Part shown: positions 61,285 through 64,000 of the stretch, in pieces
Position numbering within the stretch: position 1 is the first letter of the stretch
Layout: every line of letters begins with the position of its first letter
Source of the DNA: Actinomycetes bacterium
GTDB lineage: Bacteria; Actinomycetota; Acidimicrobiia; Acidimicrobiales; JABEUL01
NCBI GenBank assembly: GCA_021791915.1
Contig: JAJYVQ010000002.1
Span: forward strand, 434 to 64,433
DNA: 64,000 bases
Direction: 5' to 3'
Made by a program: the position numbers and the translations under genes
The notes under the pieces: model-generated
The model's database searches: none
Told to the model about the DNA's origin: nothing
Seen by the model: the letters and a program-made list of their open reading frames with translations, nothing else

Positions 61285-62523
61285 CTAAGACGATGTTGCA
61301 GTCTGCGAGTTAAGAGCTGAATAGAATGAAAACATCGGAAGATACAAACTTACCACAATAAATCCTACAATACCACCGATAAAAACAATTAGCAATGGCT
61401 CTAATATTGATGTCAATGCATCTACAGCAGCAGATACTTCTGCCGAATAGAACTCAGCAATCTTTTCTAAAAGGGCATCTAAAGCACCAGTCTGCTCCCC
61501 CGTATCTACCATATGGGTAACAATCGCTGGCATTACGTCATGTTCAGATAAAGTGGATGACAGCGACCTACCGTTTCTAACCCCCTCTCTAGCATCTCTT
61601 AATGCATGTTCAACTACTTTATTACCTGCAGTATCAGCAGATATTTCAAGGGCTTCAACTAAAGGAACCCCAGCAATAACCAAAGCCGAAAGAGTTGAAG
61701 TAACTCGAGCTAAAGAAGATTTATGAATAAGCTTTCCAAATATTGGAATTCTTAATTTAAGTTTGTCAATTACATTTCTGCCCTGTTCTGTTCTGTAATA
61801 TCTGACGAATGCAAAAATTAAGATAATTATTACTGCAACTACTGCAACAAACTCAACACTTAAAATTAAATTAGATATAAAAACCAAGAACTGCGTTGGA
61901 GGTGGTAGCTTGGCTCCAATCTGCGCGAACAACTTAGCGAAAATTGGAACAATTACGATCATTAAGAAAAAGAAAATTCCTACTACAACACATACAACGA
62001 CAACAGGGTAAGTCATTGCCGACCGAATTGTACGTCGAAGTTCTACCTGTTTTTCCACTGTACCAGCTAAACGCCCTAAAACTAAGTCTAAGTTACCAGC
62101 AATTTCACCGGCTCGGATCATTGCAACATAAAGTGTAGAAAATGCTTTTGGATGCTTTGCCATAGCAGAAGAAAGAGTTGCTCCTTCTTCGATATCATGC
62201 CTTACGGCTTTAAGTATTTTAGCTAGATTTTTGTCTTCTGTCTGCTCGGCCAAAACAGCAATAGACCTCACTAAAGTTAGTCCCGAGTCAACCATTGTTG
62301 CAAACTGACGACTCATAACAGCTACGCTTTTTATTGCAACTCTGTCAGTTATACCTGGTATATTTACGTCTCCCCCAAATTTAGACACAGGAGTAATAGA
62401 TATCGGTACTATTCCTCTTTCTCGAAGCGTATTAGAAACAGTACTTATCTCCTCCGCATCGATTTTTCCTTTTACAAGTTTGCCCGTTTTGTCCCGAGCT
62501 TTAAATTCATATGTAGTTGCCAT
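61285..62523 (-). CDS. pilC: type IV pilus platform protein PilC (GspF family)
   Basis: Two GspF-type repeats and three TM segments. 412 aa. Confidence 0.9.
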   Translation of the reverse strand: MATTYEFKARDKTGKLVKGKIDAEEISTVSNTLRERGIVPISITPVSKFGGDVNIPGITDRVAIKSVAVMSRQFATMVDSGLTLVRSIAVLAEQTEDKNLAKILKAVRHDIEEGATLSSAMAKHPKAFSTLYVAMIRAGEIAGNLDLVLGRLAGTVEKQVELRRTIRSAMTYPVVVVCVVVGIFFFLMIVIVPIFAKLFAQIGAKLPPPTQFLVFISNLILSVEFVAVVAVIIILIFAFVRYYRTEQGRNVIDKLKLRIPIFGKLIHKSSLARVTSTLSALVIAGVPLVEALEISADTAGNKVVEHALRDAREGVRNGRSLSSTLSEHDVMPAIVTHMVDTGEQTGALDALLEKIAEFYSAEVSAAVDALTSILEPLLIVFIGGIVGFIVVSLYLPMFSFYSALNSQTATSS

Positions 62524-62575
62524 CTTTTTCCTATTTAATTTCTTACCTTAACATTTCGTTTACAAGCCTTCAAGG

Positions 62576-63955
62576 TCAGTTGAGGCTTTTCAAATAGCCC
62601 CTTAGCTCACTTTCGTCTTTACAACGGTCATAGGCTACCGCTTCAGTAATAATATTAGCTTTTACTGCTTTAGCAAGCGCCTGATCCATGGTCTGCATTC
62701 CCATTGCAGCTCCAGTTTGCATCAACGAAGCTATCTGGTGAGTCTTTGCCTGTCGAATTAAATTCCTAATCGCTGGAGTTACAACCAGTACTTCGGCAAT
62801 TGCCGCTCTTCCCACACCAGATGCCGTCACTACTAATTGCTGAGTGGCAATACCTTCTAAAGAACCAGCAAGCTGAACTCTTACTTGATCCTGTTGATTA
62901 GTCGGAAATACGTCGATAATTCTGTCGACGGTCTGAGGAGCATCTTGAGTGTGAAGAGTAGCAAAGACTAAGTGACCAGTTTCTGCAGCAGTCAAAGCAG
63001 TAGATATAGTCTCCAGGTCTCTCATTTCACCTACTAGTATGACATCTGGGTCCTGCCTTAATACATGCCTTAAAGCTTCCGCAAAAGATTTAGTATCTGC
63101 CCCGACTTCGCGCTGATTTACAATGGAGCGACCATGATTATGCAAAAATTCAATTGGATCTTCGACGGTCATAATATGCATCGGACGAGTTTGATTTATT
63201 ATATTCAATACCGATGCCAAGCTGGTAGATTTACCAGAACCAGTTGGACCAGTTACTAACACCAACCCTCTACGCAATTCGGCAAAACTTCGAATTGACT
63301 CTGGTAAACCTAAACTTTCAAATGAAGGAATTTCATGAGGAATAGTTCTCAACACAGCTCCAATTGAACCCCTTTGTTGAAATACATTTACACGGAAACG
63401 ACCAACTCCCATTATCGAGTGAGAAGTATCCAATTCCTTATTTGCTTCAAACTTCTCTCTCAAACCCTGAGTTATTATGCTGTAAATCATTTCCCGGATA
63501 GTCTCATTGTCGAGAGGTTTTTGACCTTCGATCTTCCTGATGGAACCATCGACTCTTATGCAGGGTTCCAAGTGGTTAGTTAAATGCAAGTCTGAAGATC
63601 CATTCTCAACCGCATATATAAGCAGATCATTGATATCTTTCATTACTGGCACTTTAGATTTCATCTCAGGAGGCGGAGGCGGTGCAGGCATTGGGGGAGG
63701 TGGAGCTTGAGGCATCGGTGGAGGTGCTGGTGCGGGCATCGGTGGAGCTTGAGGCATCGGTGGAGGTGGTGGAGATGCAGGCATCGGTGGGGGTGCCAGT
63801 GGAGATGGAGCTTGAGGCATCGGTGGAGGTGCTGGTGCGGGCATCGGTGGTGCTTGAGGCATAGGTGGTGGTGGAGATGCAGGCATCGGTGGAGGTGGAG
63901 TTACACTATTTGCTCGTGAATTAGTACCGTTTTCATTCTGATATACCACTGACAT
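62576..63955 (-). CDS. pilT: PilT-type type IV pilus retraction ATPase with a proline-repeat N-terminal extension
   Basis: Walker A GPTGSGKST, Asp box, Walker B DVILVGEMRD and His box TGHLVFATLHT. The core length is PilT-like. An ATG at 63955 has AAAGGG upstream, and the ORF stays open to a GTG at 63991. Confidence 0.85.
   Translation of the reverse strand: MSVVYQNENGTNSRANSVTPPPPMPASPPPPMPQAPPMPAPAPPPMPQAPSPLAPPPMPASPPPPPMPQAPPMPAPAPPPMPQAPPPPMPAPPPPPEMKSKVPVMKDINDLLIYAVENGSSDLHLTNHLEPCIRVDGSIRKIEGQKPLDNETIREMIYSIITQGLREKFEANKELDTSHSIMGVGRFRVNVFQQRGSIGAVLRTIPHEIPSFESLGLPESIRSFAELRRGLVLVTGPTGSGKSTSLASVLNIINQTRPMHIMTVEDPIEFLHNHGRSIVNQREVGADTKSFAEALRHVLRQDPDVILVGEMRDLETISTALTAAETGHLVFATLHTQDAPQTVDRIIDVFPTNQQDQVRVQLAGSLEGIATQQLVVTASGVGRAAIAEVLVVTPAIRNLIRQAKTHQIASLMQTGAAMGMQTMDQALAKAVKANIITEAVAYDRCKDESELRGYLKSLN
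63668..63898. repeat. GC-rich in-frame proline-codon repeat (about 77 codons, including a ~105-bp tandem duplication)
   Basis: It encodes PPPPMPASPPPPMPQAPPMPAPAPPPMPQAP twice, with variations. The DNA block gcttgaggcatcggtggaggtgctggtgcgggcatcggtgg recurs about 105 bp apart. Confidence 0.9.
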
Positions 63956-64000
63956 TACCCTTTCTATAATTATAGGATCCGCTAACAGCACTTCAATATC

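Noticed and set aside
63682-63919. Plus-strand ORFs with R/W/C-rich or E/A/S/V repeats
   Set aside because: These are antisense or alternative-frame readings of the GC-rich proline-codon repeat in pilT.

Overview
AT-rich (by eye, high-30s % GC) bacterial chromosome segment, transcribed almost entirely on the minus strand. It is dominated by core information-processing genes in a gene order typical of Actinomycetota. From low to high coordinates these are: Nudix, groEL-groES (with a CIRCE operator), tsaD-rimI-tsaB-tsaE, a family-4 UDG, alr, nnr, acpS, glmS-glmM, rpsI-rplM, truA, the complete alpha/spc/S10/str ribosomal-protein superoperon (rplQ through rpsL, with infA, map, adk, secY, tuf, fusA), rpoC-rpoB, rplL-rplJ, rplA-rplK, nusG-secE, and a tRNA-Trp / rpmG / tRNA-Met / tRNA-Thr ... 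tRNA-Tyr cluster. The high-coordinate end holds a GNAT/GT-C gene pair, yajQ and a type IV pilus cluster (pilin, pilO-like, pilM-N fusion, pilC, pilT). I hand-translated two small genes missing from the ORF track (rpmJ, rpmG) and folded four tRNAs. Four things are out of the ordinary. (1) A visibly GC-rich IS607-type tnpA-tnpB element (serine recombinase plus an apparently intact TnpB nuclease) sits between acpS and nnr. (2) Short AT-rich tandem repeats with 13-18 bp units (most often 15 bp) are very dense. They fill abnormally large spacers between normally tightly packed ribosomal genes and also occur in frame inside housekeeping genes. (3) The S10 operon is rearranged: tuf-rpsJ are 6 bp apart, while rpsJ-rplC are split by a structured 692-bp non-coding spacer. 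(4) Several proteins carry low-complexity extensions: acidic tails on L29, L22, S3 and NusG, and a GC-rich proline-repeat N-terminus on PilT. No CRISPR array, rRNA gene or recognisable defence system is visible. All homology calls come from reading the translations, with no database search. Hand-derived coordinates may be off by 1-2 nt.
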